Assembly (NCBI RefSeq): GCF_009914755.1
Contig: NC_060931.1
Length of the DNA: 64,000 bases
DNA from: the human T2T-CHM13v2.0 reference genome, Homo sapiens
Reading direction: 5' to 3' (one strand)
Below, piece after piece: positions 1-14,480 of this stretch (positions are counted from its first letter, which is position 1; each line of letters starts with the position of its first letter). The notes under the pieces were generated by a model, which saw nothing but the letters and a program-made list of their open reading frames with translations, was not told the DNA's origin and made no database searches. The translations under genes were made by a program, and so were the position numbers.

Positions 1-1980
1 TTTGCTAGAGATAGATCCATAGATAGATTAAAAATCTGTTCTTAGGTAGACAGAAATTCAGAATAGTTACATTTTCCTGGTGACTTTATTTTGCAAATTT
101 GAATATTAAATGGAATTCTATCTATATTAGTGGCCTTTTAATGGTTGGCATTTGCCAACTTGTTGGTTTAGTATTTGCCTGGTATGTATTTAATTACTTT
201 TATTGTCAATTTTTTTTTTGTTTTTTGTTTTACATATATCTCTGTTGAACAGCAAAGAGCTAGGGTTTATTATTTATTCCAGAAAAATAATATGTGTATT
301 TAGAATTTCTTCCATGGGCATTTAATATAGTTGCTATTATATTTAAATTTATTTCTATAAGCTTATATTGTGCTTTCTATTTGTCCCGGCTTTTGTATCT
401 ATTGACTCTTTTATTTCTCCTTTCTTGCCCTCTTTTGAATTGATTATATTCTAATTTTATTTTTCATCTTTAATAATTTAGAAATGACATGATATATACT
501 TACTTTTAGTAATTATATTTAACCTAACAAAATCAAGTATCAATAAATATAATTGCTCTCCTAGAATCTCTCATTACAATCAGTTTCTTTTCCACTTAAA
601 CATTATTTTTCAATTTTAGTTCTATCATAATTTAACCTTCCTCCATAAAATTGGTATTATTGCTTATTACATGAGTTTATTTGATTTTAACCACATATTT
701 CCACTTTTTTAGCTCGTTTATTATTACATTTCAAACTTTCAGTTGAGGCCACTTCAACTAAGAGAAAAACCAAGAGAACTTAAATAAACAAGATGGTGAA
801 TTTAAAAAGGATAAAATTTTAAAATCTGCTTATAACAAAACTTAAAAACAGTAGAATTATGTTTAAGCATTTGTTTAAAAGTCTAATAAAATAGACAAAG
901 CTATTATCCAGAATAAAATTATGAAAAATTCCATTTACAAGGTATGACATAATTTGAAACACTACTGATCTACTTTACAGAAAAAAAAAAATTGATCACC
1001 AAAATCTACTGTAGAAGACATAGCAAAACCAAGTATATAAAGACCCATAAATAAAATGGAAGAAGTTAGCACAAAACTTTCTCTAAAATAGTACTATACT
1101 GAGCAAATCTAATATGTGAGTTATTAAAATACACCAAAAATCAAATAAATAATTCTTAGTGTATTATACAATCCCAGAGCATAGAAAAAGATGGAATGTT
1201 TAGAATATATATATATTTTTTTGTCTAGCAATGGGCTAAAGCCAAAATTTGACAGAGCATTAAGAAGAGAAAAACTGAGATTCTAGGCCATATTTATTTA
1301 AAAATTAACAAATTCAACTCAGCACTATACTAAAAGTTCTAACCTCCATATAAAATTTACCTGAGGAATTTATAGATAAATCCATATTGAGATATCTATT
1401 AGTTGATTTGTCATATCAAAAGGTAAAAAGAAATCACATTTATATGCTGAAAATCTATCTAAATTCATGAGCTATTCTTGATTTAAGGAAAAACCTCCTA
1501 GCAAATTAGGAACATTATTATACATCATTGATCTGATAAGTAATTTTTATTTTAAACCTGTGACCAATGGCATAGTTAGCTATAAGACATAAAAAGTATT
1601 TTTCTAAAAGTCAAGAATAAACAAAAATACTTTCCTCATTATTATGTACCATTATTTCTGGAAATTTCAGCCAATGTGACAAGACAAAGAAAAAAGAATA
1701 AGGAGTTGAGATATTGCCAACAGGAGATACAATTGTTATTTGCAAAATTTGCAACTCTGCCTATGGAAACACTAAGAAAAAACTGAAAGAGAAATATAAC
1801 TTATAAGAAAAGTTTACTATTTGGCTAATCAGAAGATAATTAGGCCAAAAACATAGCTTTCTTATTTCATAGCAATCACCAGAGTGTATAGTTTACAAAA
1901 CAGTTCTATTAACAAAAACAATAAAACATTAAACTAATGAAAGTTATATCTTAAATATTAAATATTTGAATGAAAAGTAA
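1..1980. mobile_element. Old, degraded L1M fragments (T-rich minus part, then A-rich plus part)
   Basis: Strand-asymmetric composition and remnants of L1 ORF2 phrases. Confidence 0.5.
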
Positions 1981-1990
1981 TGTACCCAGG

Positions 1991-3594
1991 TGATATGATT
2001 TGGCTGTGTCCCCACTCAAATCTCATCTTGAATTCTAGCTCCCATAATTACCATGTGTTGTGGGAAGGACCCAATGGGAGATAACTGAATCATGAGGGCA
2101 GTTTCCCCCATACTGTTCTCATGGTAATGAATAAGTCTCACAAGATCTGATGGTTTTATAAGTGGAAACCCCTTTCATCTCACTCTCATTGTCTCTTGCC
2201 TGCCACCAAGTAAGATGTGCCTTTCACTTTCACCATGATTGTGAGGCCTCCCCAGCCATGTGGAACTGTGAGTTCATTAAACCTCTTTTTCTTTATAAAT
2301 TATCCAGTCTCTGATATGTCTTTGTCAGCAACCTGAAAATGGACTAATACAGTAAATTGGTAGCAGTAGTGAGGAACTTCCGTAAAGATACCCAAAAATG
2401 TGGAAGTGAATTTGGAACTGGGTAACAGGCAGAGGTTAGAACAGTTTGTAAGGCTCAGAAGAAGATAGAAAAATGTGGGAAATTTGGAACTTCCTGGAGA
2501 CGGAGGGCTCAGAAGACAGGAAGATGTAGAAAAGTTTGAAACTTTCTAGAGCTGTGTTTGGCTTTAACCAAAATGTTGATAATGATATGGACAATAAAAT
2601 CCAAGCTGAGGTGGTCTTAGATGGAGATGAGGAACTCATTAGGAACTAGAGTAAAGGTCTTTGCTATGCAAAGAGACTGGTGGTATTTTGCCCCTGCCCT
2701 AGAGATCTATGGAACGTTGAACTTGAGATGATTTTAGGTATCTGGTGGAAGAAATTTCTAAGAACCAAAGCATTCAAGAGGTGACAAAGCATAAAAGTTT
2801 GGAAAGTTTGCAGCCTGATGATGCAATAGAAAAGAAAAATCCATTTTCTGGGGAGAAATTCAAGCTGGCTGCAGAAGTTTGCATAAGAAATGAGAAGCCA
2901 AATGCTAATCACCAAGACAAAAGGGAAAATGTCTCCAGGGCATGTCAGAAACCTTCAAGGCAACCACTCCCATCATAGGCCCAGAGGCCTAGAAGGAAAA
3001 TAATGGTCTCATAGGGCAGGCCCAGGGCCCCCCTGCTGTGTGCAGCCTAGGGACTTTGTGCCCTGTATCCCAGCAGCTCTAGCCATGGCTAAAAGGGACA
3101 AGGTACAGCTCAGGCCATGGCTTCAGAGGGTGTAAGCCCTAAGCCTTGGCAGCTTCCATGGGGTATTGAGCCTGTGGGCACAAAGAAGTCAAGAATTGAG
3201 GTTTGGGAAGCTCCATCTAGATGTGTGGAAATGCCTGGATGTCCACGCAGAAGTTTGCTACAGGGGTGGGGCCCTCGTGGAGAACCTCTGCTAGGGTAGT
3301 GCAATTATCTCCCAGTTGGAGATAACTGAATCATGGGGGCAGTTTCCCATATCTGTTCTCATGGTAGTGAATAAGTGTCATAAGATCTGATGATTTTGTA
3401 GGGGTAAACCCCTTTCACTTGACTCTCATTGTCTCTCTTACCTGCCGCCATGTAAGATATGCCTTTCACCTTCCACCATGATTGCAAGGCCTCCCCAGCC
3501 ATGTGGAACTGTGAATCCATTAAACCTCTTTTGCTTTATAAGTTACCCAGTCTTGGGTATGTCTTTATCAGCAATGTGAAAATGGACTAATACA
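1991..3594 (+). mobile_element. THE1 (ERVL-MaLR) element: 5' LTR 1991-2351, shortened internal region, 5'-truncated 3' LTR
   Basis: TGATATG...GGACTAATACA termini; 5-bp TSD CCAGG at 1986-1990 and 3595-3599. Confidence 0.92.
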
Positions 3595-5148
3595 CCAGGA
3601 AAGATGTGGTTCTGAGAATGTGTCCTACCAGAAATGTTCATTTATGTTTTACCCCTTTCTTCACCTTTAAGACAGTAAAGAGAACTTGTGTTTGAAGAAT
3701 GCAGGTAGGTATTCCAGTTGCCAGTCCTGGAAAGGAATGAGAACCATGGATTTATTGCAACCATCCTTATAATGTTGGGCCTAACCCCACTGCAGGGAAA
3801 GACTGTCAGCCTTTTATATCCACAAGGCTTAACAAATAAAACATGGAATCCTGGGAAATTACTGACACAGGCAAAAGGGCAAGGGTTATAGGTGTTGTGA
3901 TCAAAACATGACTCCTCTCAGACTTAGCACCTCCAAGACATATCTCAGAAGATGGTGGCTGTGAGTGAGCTGATAAGGCTCAGATGTGTCTGAATGAGGA
4001 ACATCTTGGCAGCAAAATACCAGGGAGAATATGGATTCAAGGTGGGCCTACATTCCTCTGAAGGACCAGCTGATTTAGAGAAGTGGCTTAGCAAAACAAC
4101 CCTATCACAGCACAGAGGAGTAAAACTTCCCACAGGTGAAGGTAATTACTTGATAGTACATCCTATTTCATGAAAGAAAAAAAGAGGTACTATTGACAGA
4201 GAGAAGAGTTCTCCTTATCTCTAAAGCTGGATGTTCAGAGCTTTCATTTGTAATCAAATATGTCTCCTAGCTCAAAGTAAACTATCCAAGTGAAGCAAAA
4301 GCATTATCTTACATTGGTACTAAACCTTCCATTGGTCTTAGAATGGTAGAATACAAAAGTTTGTAATTTGGTAAATAATAAATAATGTGATAAAATAGAG
4401 AAGACAGAAATATAACCCTAACTGTATCCTTTGTATTATTAATTTCTTACATTAGAGATAATGATCATTTTGTGAAGGAAACATAGATATTATACACATC
4501 CATTTAGTGGGATGTTATTGTTTTTAACTTGAAAACAGATCATAAAGTAAACCTGAATGAATGTTTCCATATGGTTAAGAAATTACTCTTAAAGAGAAAT
4601 AAAACACTGTAATATTGCAAAAATCAATACAAATCCTAGAAAAAGAAAGTCAATAAATAACCATTTGCTTATTTTTCAAAAAGGGAAAATACCTGTTATT
4701 AGCAGTTAAATGTTTGTTTTAACATTTGTTAGGACTATTAACTTAATAATTTTGAAATATCCTTATTTTAAACATAATTGCCTCCTTGGAGCATAACACT
4801 TAAGCTTGAGGTTAAACTACCGTGATTATTAATTATGAGAAATGACATTTTCCCACAAAAGTCAGATTCAGAAAAAAATATTTTACATTTTATTATAGAC
4901 AGAAATATTGTTAAAAAGTGATAAATTGCTTACTCACTTAAAACTGTAGACTGTATTCGAAACACATTTGTTTTTACTATGTAATAATTAAACTGATGAT
5001 ATACTAACATTTATCTACCTTTAATGGACTCAATAAATAAAAAAGGACTGAGACTATATTTTTAAAATGAAAACCTATAGCTAAGAACTCTATGTGAAAA
5101 AAGAATTTGTATTTTACAAGTAAAAATAAAGTTATCCTAAAAGATTAA

Positions 5149-5451
<303 letters not shown>

Positions 5452-7369
5452 GAAAGATTAATTTTAATATGCAATGCATAATATCAATTTGTCATGAGAA
5501 TTATAGTACAGTGATTCAGATAAAAAATTCCCAGGAGAGGATGGCTAAGAACAGAGGGCAGACCTCTTCATTATCAAATATCAAAAGAGCTGGCTAAGCA
5601 AACGATGCAAGATTAATATGAGATTAACCTCCATTTTAGACTTAGAGGGAAGCAGCTGGCCTCTATTGAAAAACTGTAGTCTAGAACCATATCAGTTTGT
5701 GTCTTAGCATCAAATAACAGGTAAGATACAGTTACAAATGCATGCATAGGTTAAGGAGCCTGGGTTCTAAAGGTAGTGTCAACATATAATTTCTATTTTG
5801 TATGCCTTAAGAGATATGAATATAAAATCAGATTAGGTTACAAAAAGAGAAAAATCAATCCATGGTCTTTAAAACTTCAAAGAAAATTTTAACACGTTGT
5901 TTGAGACTTCCAATTTCCCTAAGAAAATAATGTATATATACAGTAATAATAATCTTTTCACGTAACTTTCCAAACCATACAGATTCATCAGGAGATCTTA
6001 ATAAAACCACCCATAAGTTACTTATAGAGCAAAACTAAGAAAAAGAGAAAACATAGACTTCTATTTACACATAACTGAGGAAATAATATAAAAATTATGT
6101 GAAAAAGAAGAGAATGCAGTAGGGTCCCAGACTTGGTGAAACACAGATAATGTTACCCCAAGGAAAACACTCTTTTTCTTTGGTGTTTTCTTTGGGATAA
6201 GACAAGACCTTACTCCAACTAAGGTGTGTGGCCTGGTGGACCAAAGCAATGGCTATTGAGGAATTGGGGGAAGTGGGAGAGGCATGAAAATTGCAGGACC
6301 GGAGAGGTGGCAACCTTGTGAGAAGGCATTGCTTAGGGTGGAGTGTGAGGCAACCTAAAAAAAGTAGATATCCTTTGGAAAGAGACTTGATAGTGAATGG
6401 AAAGAAGAAATAAAGTGGTGAAAAGTAAGGATCTCATAGAAAGTTAAAAAAGAAAATAATAGAAGTGGAAGACACATCAACTCGTAAAAAAGGCATCATT
6501 TATTAAAGGCAGTGTACTTCCATGCACCCTCAGAAGAGAGTGCTCTTGAACTAAGCAACCTAGCAAGCTGCCGAAACCCCTCATAATGCACCATAGGAAT
6601 GCTTGTTGTTGCTAATCCTGGAAAATCCAAGACACTTTAGAATGGACAGAAAGTCAGGCAACATTTACGTATAACTAGTGTAAGAAAAAGAAAGTGAAAC
6701 TCAATTGTTTAATTTGATGAAAATAGTCCTAAAATATGCAACAGAGAAAAATGTTGATGCAACATTCAAATATAAAGTCTGTAATCTTTAACAAGCACTG
6801 GCAGATATATACATATTTGGATATATGTATATATATTTTAAATAATAAGTGTAAAATTGAACTTAACATGTATAAATAATAAATATATATTCCAATGAAA
6901 GCAATATCATTTCTTCTTAATAGGACATGAAAATTGATCTTACATGAAGTCACAAAGAAAATCTCAATAACAACTTGAATGTAGAAATAATGTAAGATCA
7001 TTTATTCATAAATTATGTATATTTTTATATAAAAATGATTTTACGTATAAATGTTATATATAAATGATTTTATACATAAATGAAAATAATGTAGAAAACT
7101 TCTTTGATAGTTCAATAAAAAGAAAAATATAACAAATAGTAAGAACATAATGATAAAAGTTGCAGTTCACTGTGAATACATCTAACAATGTTATATATGA
7201 GTATAGATTCAATATACTTAAAATGTAACCAACAAAATCTAGCAATGCATTTAAAAAATAATATACAAATAGGTCATATCATTCAAATACAAGAATGGTA
7301 TAATATCAGAAGAAGTTTTACATATTTTCCACAGATTATCTTATAAAAACTGTCTGACCATCTTGATTT

Positions 7370-8085
7370 CTTTTACAGATAGATCATTATTGATGTAAAT
7401 AAATGCAACTGATTTTTGATGTTGATTTTGTGTCCTGCTACTTTACTGAATTCGATCATTAGTTCTAACAATTTTTGTGACATTTTAAGGATTTTCTACA
7501 CAGAGGATCATATCATCTGCAAACAAAGATAATTTTGCTTCCTTTTGCATTTGGATGGCTTCTATTTATTTTTCTTATCTGATTGTCCTTGCTAGTATTT
7601 CCAGCAATTTTAATAGAACTGTTGAATAGAAGTGCAGAGGGTGGGCATCTTTGTACCTTGCCTTGTACTGTATCTTAGAGGAAAACCTTTCCATCTTTTA
7701 GCATCAAATAACAGGTAAGATACAGTTACAAATGCATGTATAGGTTAAGGAGCCTGGACTCTAAAGGTAGTGTCAACATATAATTTCTATTGTGTATGCC
7801 TTAACAGATATGAATATAAAAATCAGATTAGGCTACATAAAGAGAAAAATCGATCCATGGTCTTTAAAACTTCAAAGAAAATTATGTTGGCAGTTGGCTT
7901 TTTATAAATGGCTTTAGTTATGTTGAGGAAATTTTCTTCTATATGTATTTTGTTGAGAGTTTGTATCATGAAAACATGTTGAACTTTGTTAAGTATTTTT
8001 CTGCATCTATTGAGATAATCATATAATTTTTATATTTTATTCCCTTAATATAGGATATTACATTAATTTGTGTATGTTGGCACAG
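7370..8085 (-). mobile_element. L1 ORF2 fragment (inverted part), interrupted at 7698-7883
   Basis: Minus-strand L1 phrases such as TCATCTGCAAACAAAGATAATTT and TTTTCTGCATCTATTGAGATAATCAT. Confidence 0.8.
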
Positions 8086-8149
8086 GTACATATAAAGACA
8101 ATAAAGGATTTTTATTACTATAAATACAGTTAGTAAATCTATTAATGAA

Positions 8150-10250
8150 GGCAAGAACAACAAAGTTGGAGGCATCACATGTTCTTATTTCAAATTATAC
8201 AACAAAGCAATAGTAATCAAAACAGTATGGCATAGGCATGAAACACACACATAGACCAGTGGAACAGAATAGGCAGCCCAGAAATAAACCCAAGCACATG
8301 TGGTCAACTAATTTCCAACAAGGCCACCAAGAAGAAATGATGAGGAAAGATTAGTTTTTTTTTCAATAAATGGAGTTGAGAAAACTGGATATCCATACAT
8401 CAGAATCAACTCTAAATGGATTAAATACCTAAACATAAGGCCAGAAACAAACAAACAAAAAACTCGTAGAAGAAAACATAGGGGAAAATCTTGTTGCTAT
8501 TGGCCTTGGCAATAATTTCCTGAACATCAACCCAAAAGATTAACCAACAAAAGCAAAAATAAATAGGTGGTGCTACATCAAACTAAAAGGTTTTTGCACA
8601 GCAAAGGAAGCAATCAACAAAATGAAAAGTAAGCCTACAGATGGGAAGAAAATATTTGTGAAACATATACCTCATGGGGTTAATATCCAAAATATGTAAC
8701 AACTCAAAGCTATAGTAAAAACAAAAACCAAATAACCTAGTAAAAAATGGGCAAAAGAGCTAAACAGACATTTTTCCAAAGAAGACATAAAAATAGCCAA
8801 CAAGAATATAAAAATGTGCTTAACATCATTAACTATGGAGGGAAATGCAAATCAAAACCACTATAAGATATCAATTCTGCTGTGCAGAAGCTCTTTAGCA
8901 CTATTCACAATAGCAAAGACATGGAATCAACCTAAATGCCCATCAGTGATAGACTGGATAAAGAAAATATGGTACATATACACCATGGAATACCATGCAG
9001 CCATAAAAAAAGGATGAGATCATGTCCTTTCCAGGGACGTGGATGAAGCTGGAGGCCATTATCCTTAGCAAACTAACACAGAAACAGAAACCCAAATACC
9101 ACGTTCTCACTTATAAGTGGGAGATAAATGATAAGAATGCATAGACACACAGAGGGAACAACACATACTGGGGCCTTTTGGAGGATGTAGGGCAGAGGAA
9201 GGGGAGGATCAGCAAAAACAACTAATGGGTACTACGCTTAATACCTGGGTGATGAAATAATCTGTACCACAAACCCCCATGACACAAGTTTACCCATGTA
9301 ACAAACCTGCACTTGTACCCCTGGACTTTAAAAAAAATTTTTAATTAAAAAATAACCATAATAAATAAAGATATCACTTTATGCTTGTTAGGATGGCTAT
9401 TATCAGAAAGTCAAGAGGTGTTTGGAAGGATGTGAAGAAATGGGAACCCTTGTATACTGTTGGGAATTTAAATTGGTACAGACATAGTAGAAAATAATAT
9501 GGATGTTCCTCAAAAAAATGAAAATAGAACCACCATATGACCAAGCAATCTCTCTTCTGGGGATATACACAAAACACATGAAGTCAGTACTTCAGAAAGA
9601 TATCTGCACTCCCATGTTCACTGCATTATTCACAATAGCCAAGATAGGAAAACAATCTAAGTGCCCATCCATGAATAAGTAGATAAAGAAGTTGTGAGAT
9701 ATGTATACACATACAGGCATACACTTACACATATATACATACACATGTATATATACAATAAAATATTATTCAGTCTTATAAAAGGATATACTGCCATTTG
9801 CAACAACAAGTATGAATCTGGAGGGTACTATACTAAGTGAAATAAGCCAGATACAGATAGAAAAATACTGCACAATCTCACTTATGTGTGGAATGAAAAA
9901 AAAACAGTTGAATATATAGAAACAGTAGAGTAGTGGTTACCAGGGATAGGGAAGGGGAGAAAAATGAGACAATGTTGATTAAAAGGTACCAACTTGCAGT
10001 TATGTTAAGATAAATAAGTCTGGAGATCTAATGTCAGCAGGAAGACTACAGTTATTAATACTACATGTTGACAATTTGCTCAAGAGTAGATTTTAGGTGC
10101 TCTTGCCAAAAAGTAAAGATAGAAAAGAGCAACTAGCAACTATAGAACATGATGGACATGTTAAAATTGCTTACCTGTAGTAGTAATTTCCCTATAAATA
10201 TGTATATCAAAATACCATTTTGTACACCTTAAATTTACACAATTAAAAAA
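8150..10250 (+). mobile_element. L1MA-like 3' ORF2 and 3' UTR
   Basis: AACAAAGTTGGAGGCATCAC ... AAATGCAAATCAAAACCAC ... CTAAGTGAAATAAGCCAG. Confidence 0.85.
8874..9367 (+). mobile_element. Younger L1PA-like 3' end nested within the L1MA
   Basis: TSD AAGATATCA at 8865-8873 and 9368-9376; L1PA 3' UTR and A-rich tail. Confidence 0.85.
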
Positions 10251-10863
10251 GTTCAACGTTTGTAATAATCTTGGAAATACCAAATAAAACAATGATAAAA
10301 TAAAATACCATTTTATTAAAATGAAGTGATTTATTAATATTTTTCTGTTTATACCTAATGTATTGGCCATTTTCATATATTTTTAGTTGGGGATAGATTG
10401 ATATAATTTGTAATGCACTTTCTCAGTATAAACTAAGGACATTAAAACGTGTATATCTCTTTACTAAGTTATTTCCACCTTAAGAGATCAGAAATGGAGT
10501 TATTAATCACTTGGTGGTAAAATTCTGCATTGCTTTTATTTTTAACCTTATGTATTTTATTTTCTATACAGTATACAATTAGCTTAATAATATATTTTGA
10601 AATGAAAAAAATAACATTAATTTTACATGAAAAAACTTAGATCTCCTAAGAATAAAACTTCAAGGAAAATAATTAAATACTGCAATAGTACAACTAGGAA
10701 GTTGCTCCAGGTTTAGGCAAGCCCATAGGATAAATGATTAAACCTGCTTCAGGTTGGGCAAGGAATACCTCATCAACAAGGAGAAGATTCAACTTGCCAA
10801 ATAGTTGCAAGGAGGGAATGATATTTTTTTCAAAGAAAGAAACTTATGGTAAGGCTTAAAAAA

Positions 10864-11095
10864 AGTGTTCCTTAAAGTGCGATGTAACATCGATGTAAAG
10901 TGCGATGTAAATTCCTTAAAGTGCGATGATGATTAGGATGTACATCCTAATCATCTGGAGTTGTTGTTTAAAATGTGCATCTTTGAGTGCCAACTCAAAC
11001 CCACTACGTAAAAACCCCTGGGCACAGGGCATAAAAGCCTGCTGTGTACCTGGTTCTACAGATGGTTCTCATGCACAAAATTTCAGAACCACATT
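10864..11095. mobile_element. MER5-like hAT DNA transposon remnant
   Basis: AGTGTTCCTTAAA...AATCATCTGGAG...TTCTCATGCAC...AGAACCAC. Confidence 0.55.
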
Positions 11096-12519
11096 GTAGA
11101 AAAGTAAAGCAGTATGACATGCTTTGGAAACTGCAGATAATTTAGTGCAACTGTATTACAGGTTACAGATAATAAGAGATGAATCTGGAAAAGAAAAGAA
11201 TGTTATGGTACATGCATAAGAATTCTTAAATGACACACAAGGGGCTTGGACAGTATGTGAAGATTCCACAGGAAACCACTGAAGAGTTTTAAGCAAAGGG
11301 GTAACCTGATCATATTTTTTTTTCCAGGATTACCCTGGCATCAGTGTGGATGACTGTATATGAGGCAGACATAGATTGGAAGAAAAACTCTGGAGTGTTT
11401 TAATTTTTCTGGTATAAGAAGAGGATTAGGAAAGGCTTACTTAGGTACACTTGGTGAATAATTGATTATGTGGATGAAGGGAGAAGAAATAATTTTGGAT
11501 GATTCTGATACCCATGTTTGCCTGCTTCCATATGTAAGTTTATAACAATATATAGGGGCAAAAGATATTTTAAAGCTACAACTCTGTACTTTTCTACTTT
11601 TCCTTATTTTTAATCACAGGACCTAAATTTTACTGGAAACATGAAGCTTATAAAGATAAGTTCCTGCCACTGCAGTAAGTCCATCAGGTCATAAGAAGGC
11701 TGATGAAGGATCAAGAGACATCCTTCTCACATTGATTATTTTAGGTCAACTCCTTGGGGACACCCTAGAGATTTATCTCTAGATGCAACAGAGCTAAAAT
11801 GTCTACAGACATTATTACAATATATGGACAGACATTCCATAGGATATTCTCTGATTGGATAAGATTGTTGGCTAAAAGTCTAACACGACTGTTGGGGGAG
11901 ACAGCATGCACACTTGGGGGTGCTGTGATCCAGGCAATTTGGAGGCCTCCATTGCAGTTTCTATGGTTAAATATTGTGACAATGTGTGTGCACAGGGGAC
12001 ACATGAGTGATAGTCCAGGGTAATTTTAAAAATACTGTCTTATTAAAAGCCATCCCATTTCTATTTTGACTTTTTGTGTCACAGAATGAGACATTCCTTT
12101 TAACCACAGCTGTGATTTGCCTTCACATTGATTGTGGTAAGGAGGAATTTTCCCTTGACTGCAGAATGTCTTGTGACCACTTTATATATTTCTTAATTAA
12201 ACTAACATGGCAGAGGTAATAGGGCATTAGAATAATTTTATCCAAAATATCTACTTCCTACCCATGCTGATCAAAGAGGTGCAAATGTAGGCTGAGTTGG
12301 ATCCATGATCCCCTAAGAGCTTTGGCTACATGGGAGACGAAGGGAGCAAATACCAAATCCAGCTTCCCTTTGGGGTTACTAGGAGCCCCCAGAATCCTCA
12401 AAGGCTCTGAATCACTCACTCTTCACCTCCATAACACACACAAGATCCTTCTCCTATAATTATTCCCACCAAAAACAGTCATAAATTCAGGCCTTAACCA
12501 ACCGTTTAATGGCATGCTG

Positions 12520-14480
12520 CTTTTTGTCATTGCTATCTATTATTTTTTCTTAAAGCACTGCCTCCTCTCTGCCATTTTTAAAAATTTTTATTGACTTGTA
12601 TGGAGAAACCAAGGTATTTGTCCTGTAGAGTGCCCAACATTATGGATTTACTTTCCTTGGTTTCTTTTAACTTGTTCCCATATCCCCAGTATTTCTCTAT
12701 AATCTGGCAATATGATAGTGATATCTACAGTCTTGACTATCTTTGGGTTTACTGTGTTTTATTTCTCCAAAAATACTTGATGGGGAGGGTGCACTTATTA
12801 TTGTATCATATCAGGAAGCAAATAATGTCTATGACTAAACTATTATGGATGTCAAAATGATCTGTGAGTTCAGAGACATTAGCCTGATTTCCCATGAGAC
12901 TGTCCCCAAAAACTTTTCATACAATTGTTTCAGCACCCAATGGTGAGGGATGCCTATATTCATACTTTTGTTAGGAGTATTTTCTAACATTTTAATGCAT
13001 GTATTAGGTGGAATTCTATGAATGACATCCATATACTATTTTCCCTGTGGTACAGTTTTTAAAAAATAAACAAAAAAAGGATAAATGCTTTATTCTTTCT
13101 GTTAATTCATCGTTTTCAAATGAATGAGATAATGCCCTAGAAACCTCCAAAAGGTACCAAGGAGGTGAGTGTGTGTATATAATCATAAACTCAGATTTCT
13201 ATATATTTATATACATTGTGGTCATTATTTGTTTTGATGGCCATATTGTCTCATTTTAGGTTAGTGGGAGCTCCTTAATATTGCTCCCGTTTTTGTGACA
13301 TGATTCATTAGTCTTTGATAGCTTCCTTGATTTCTGGAGTAAGATGGCCCAAGTTTATTTTACATATTTCCTGCCCCAGACCTGGATTCAGCTATTCTCC
13401 TAAGAGCACTGGTTCTTAGGAACCAGTGAGTAATAGTATGGAGAGACCACAGTCTTGATGTTCATTGTAACTACTGCTACTGAGTTGTCATTATTTCAAG
13501 GACTTTTCAATGGAAAAGTGGGAAATACAGATTTTTTGATAGAGAAAATCAGTTATTAATTTATATGAATATTTCTAATTCCAATTTAAGTCAAAGATTT
13601 TTACTTAATTTCTTTCATTGTATACTTGTATCTCATTTTCTCTTAACACTGAAAATCCTGACTTCTAAAGAAATGTAACTACTTGTTTTCTTACAACATA
13701 GTATTCTAGATACAATAGGTTCAAAATAACACCAGTATTACCATTAACAATGAGACTACTAAATGCATTTTCACAGTGCACTAAAATCTCAGAATTCACT
13801 GCAATATAATTCATCCATGTAATAAAAAACCACTTGTAACTCCAAAACTATTCAAATAAAAAGTAATAACAAATTTAAAAATGCATTTTGAGATTTCTTC
13901 AGAATTTTTTCACCTTTATATTCCCCAAAAGACATTCTCATATTAATTTGTGAAGTCATTGAAAATAAGTATATATCTTTTGTGTAGTTTTGCCACTATT
14001 TGGTATTCAGTTGGGTTTGAATGCTTAAAGAAATGCTTTTTCTTTTTTATTTAATTTTGATTATTAATTATGTCAAATATTTACATGGTCCAAGATAAAA
14101 ACTATATCACAGTTATATTTACACAAATATTATCTCCACAACTGTCCACCCCTCTGTTCTCTCCAAACCTCTATAGGTAAACATTTTTAATATCTTTAGT
14201 ATCTTCTGTGATGTTTGTGTATATGTGTGTTTATTCATACTGTTCTAGGCCCTGTGTTTCTTATGTATCCTGGGAGTCAGAAGATATGCATATATAGATA
14301 TTTTGCTAACTCCTCATCCATAAAATCTTCAACCAGTCCCTGACTGAAGAGTACCTGGTTTGCTTCTAGCTTTCAGCATCATTCAAAGTTCTCAGGCATA
14401 TACCTATTTGTCAAAATAACTGGGATAAATTTTTAAATGAAAGATTGTTCAAGCAAAAGGTAAACGCATTTGTCATTTTG
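12520..14480 (-). mobile_element. Old L1MC/ME 3' fragments, overlapping the distal TFPI2 3' UTR
   Basis: Degraded T-rich L1M 3' UTR-like phrases. Confidence 0.5.
14046..14051 (-). terminator. TFPI2: Distal TFPI2 polyadenylation signal (long 3' UTR)
   Basis: TTTATT on + strand; would give a ~2.2 kb mRNA before the polyA tail, consistent with the known short and long TFPI2 transcripts. Confidence 0.5.

Noticed and set aside
2450-2550. ~55-bp tandem repeat in the THE1 internal region
   Set aside because: As I recall this is a normal feature of some THE1 internal consensus sequences
10868-10930. Short repeats with spacers, superficially CRISPR-like
   Set aside because: Eukaryotic DNA, 12-bp units, spacers derived from the flanks, no cas genes
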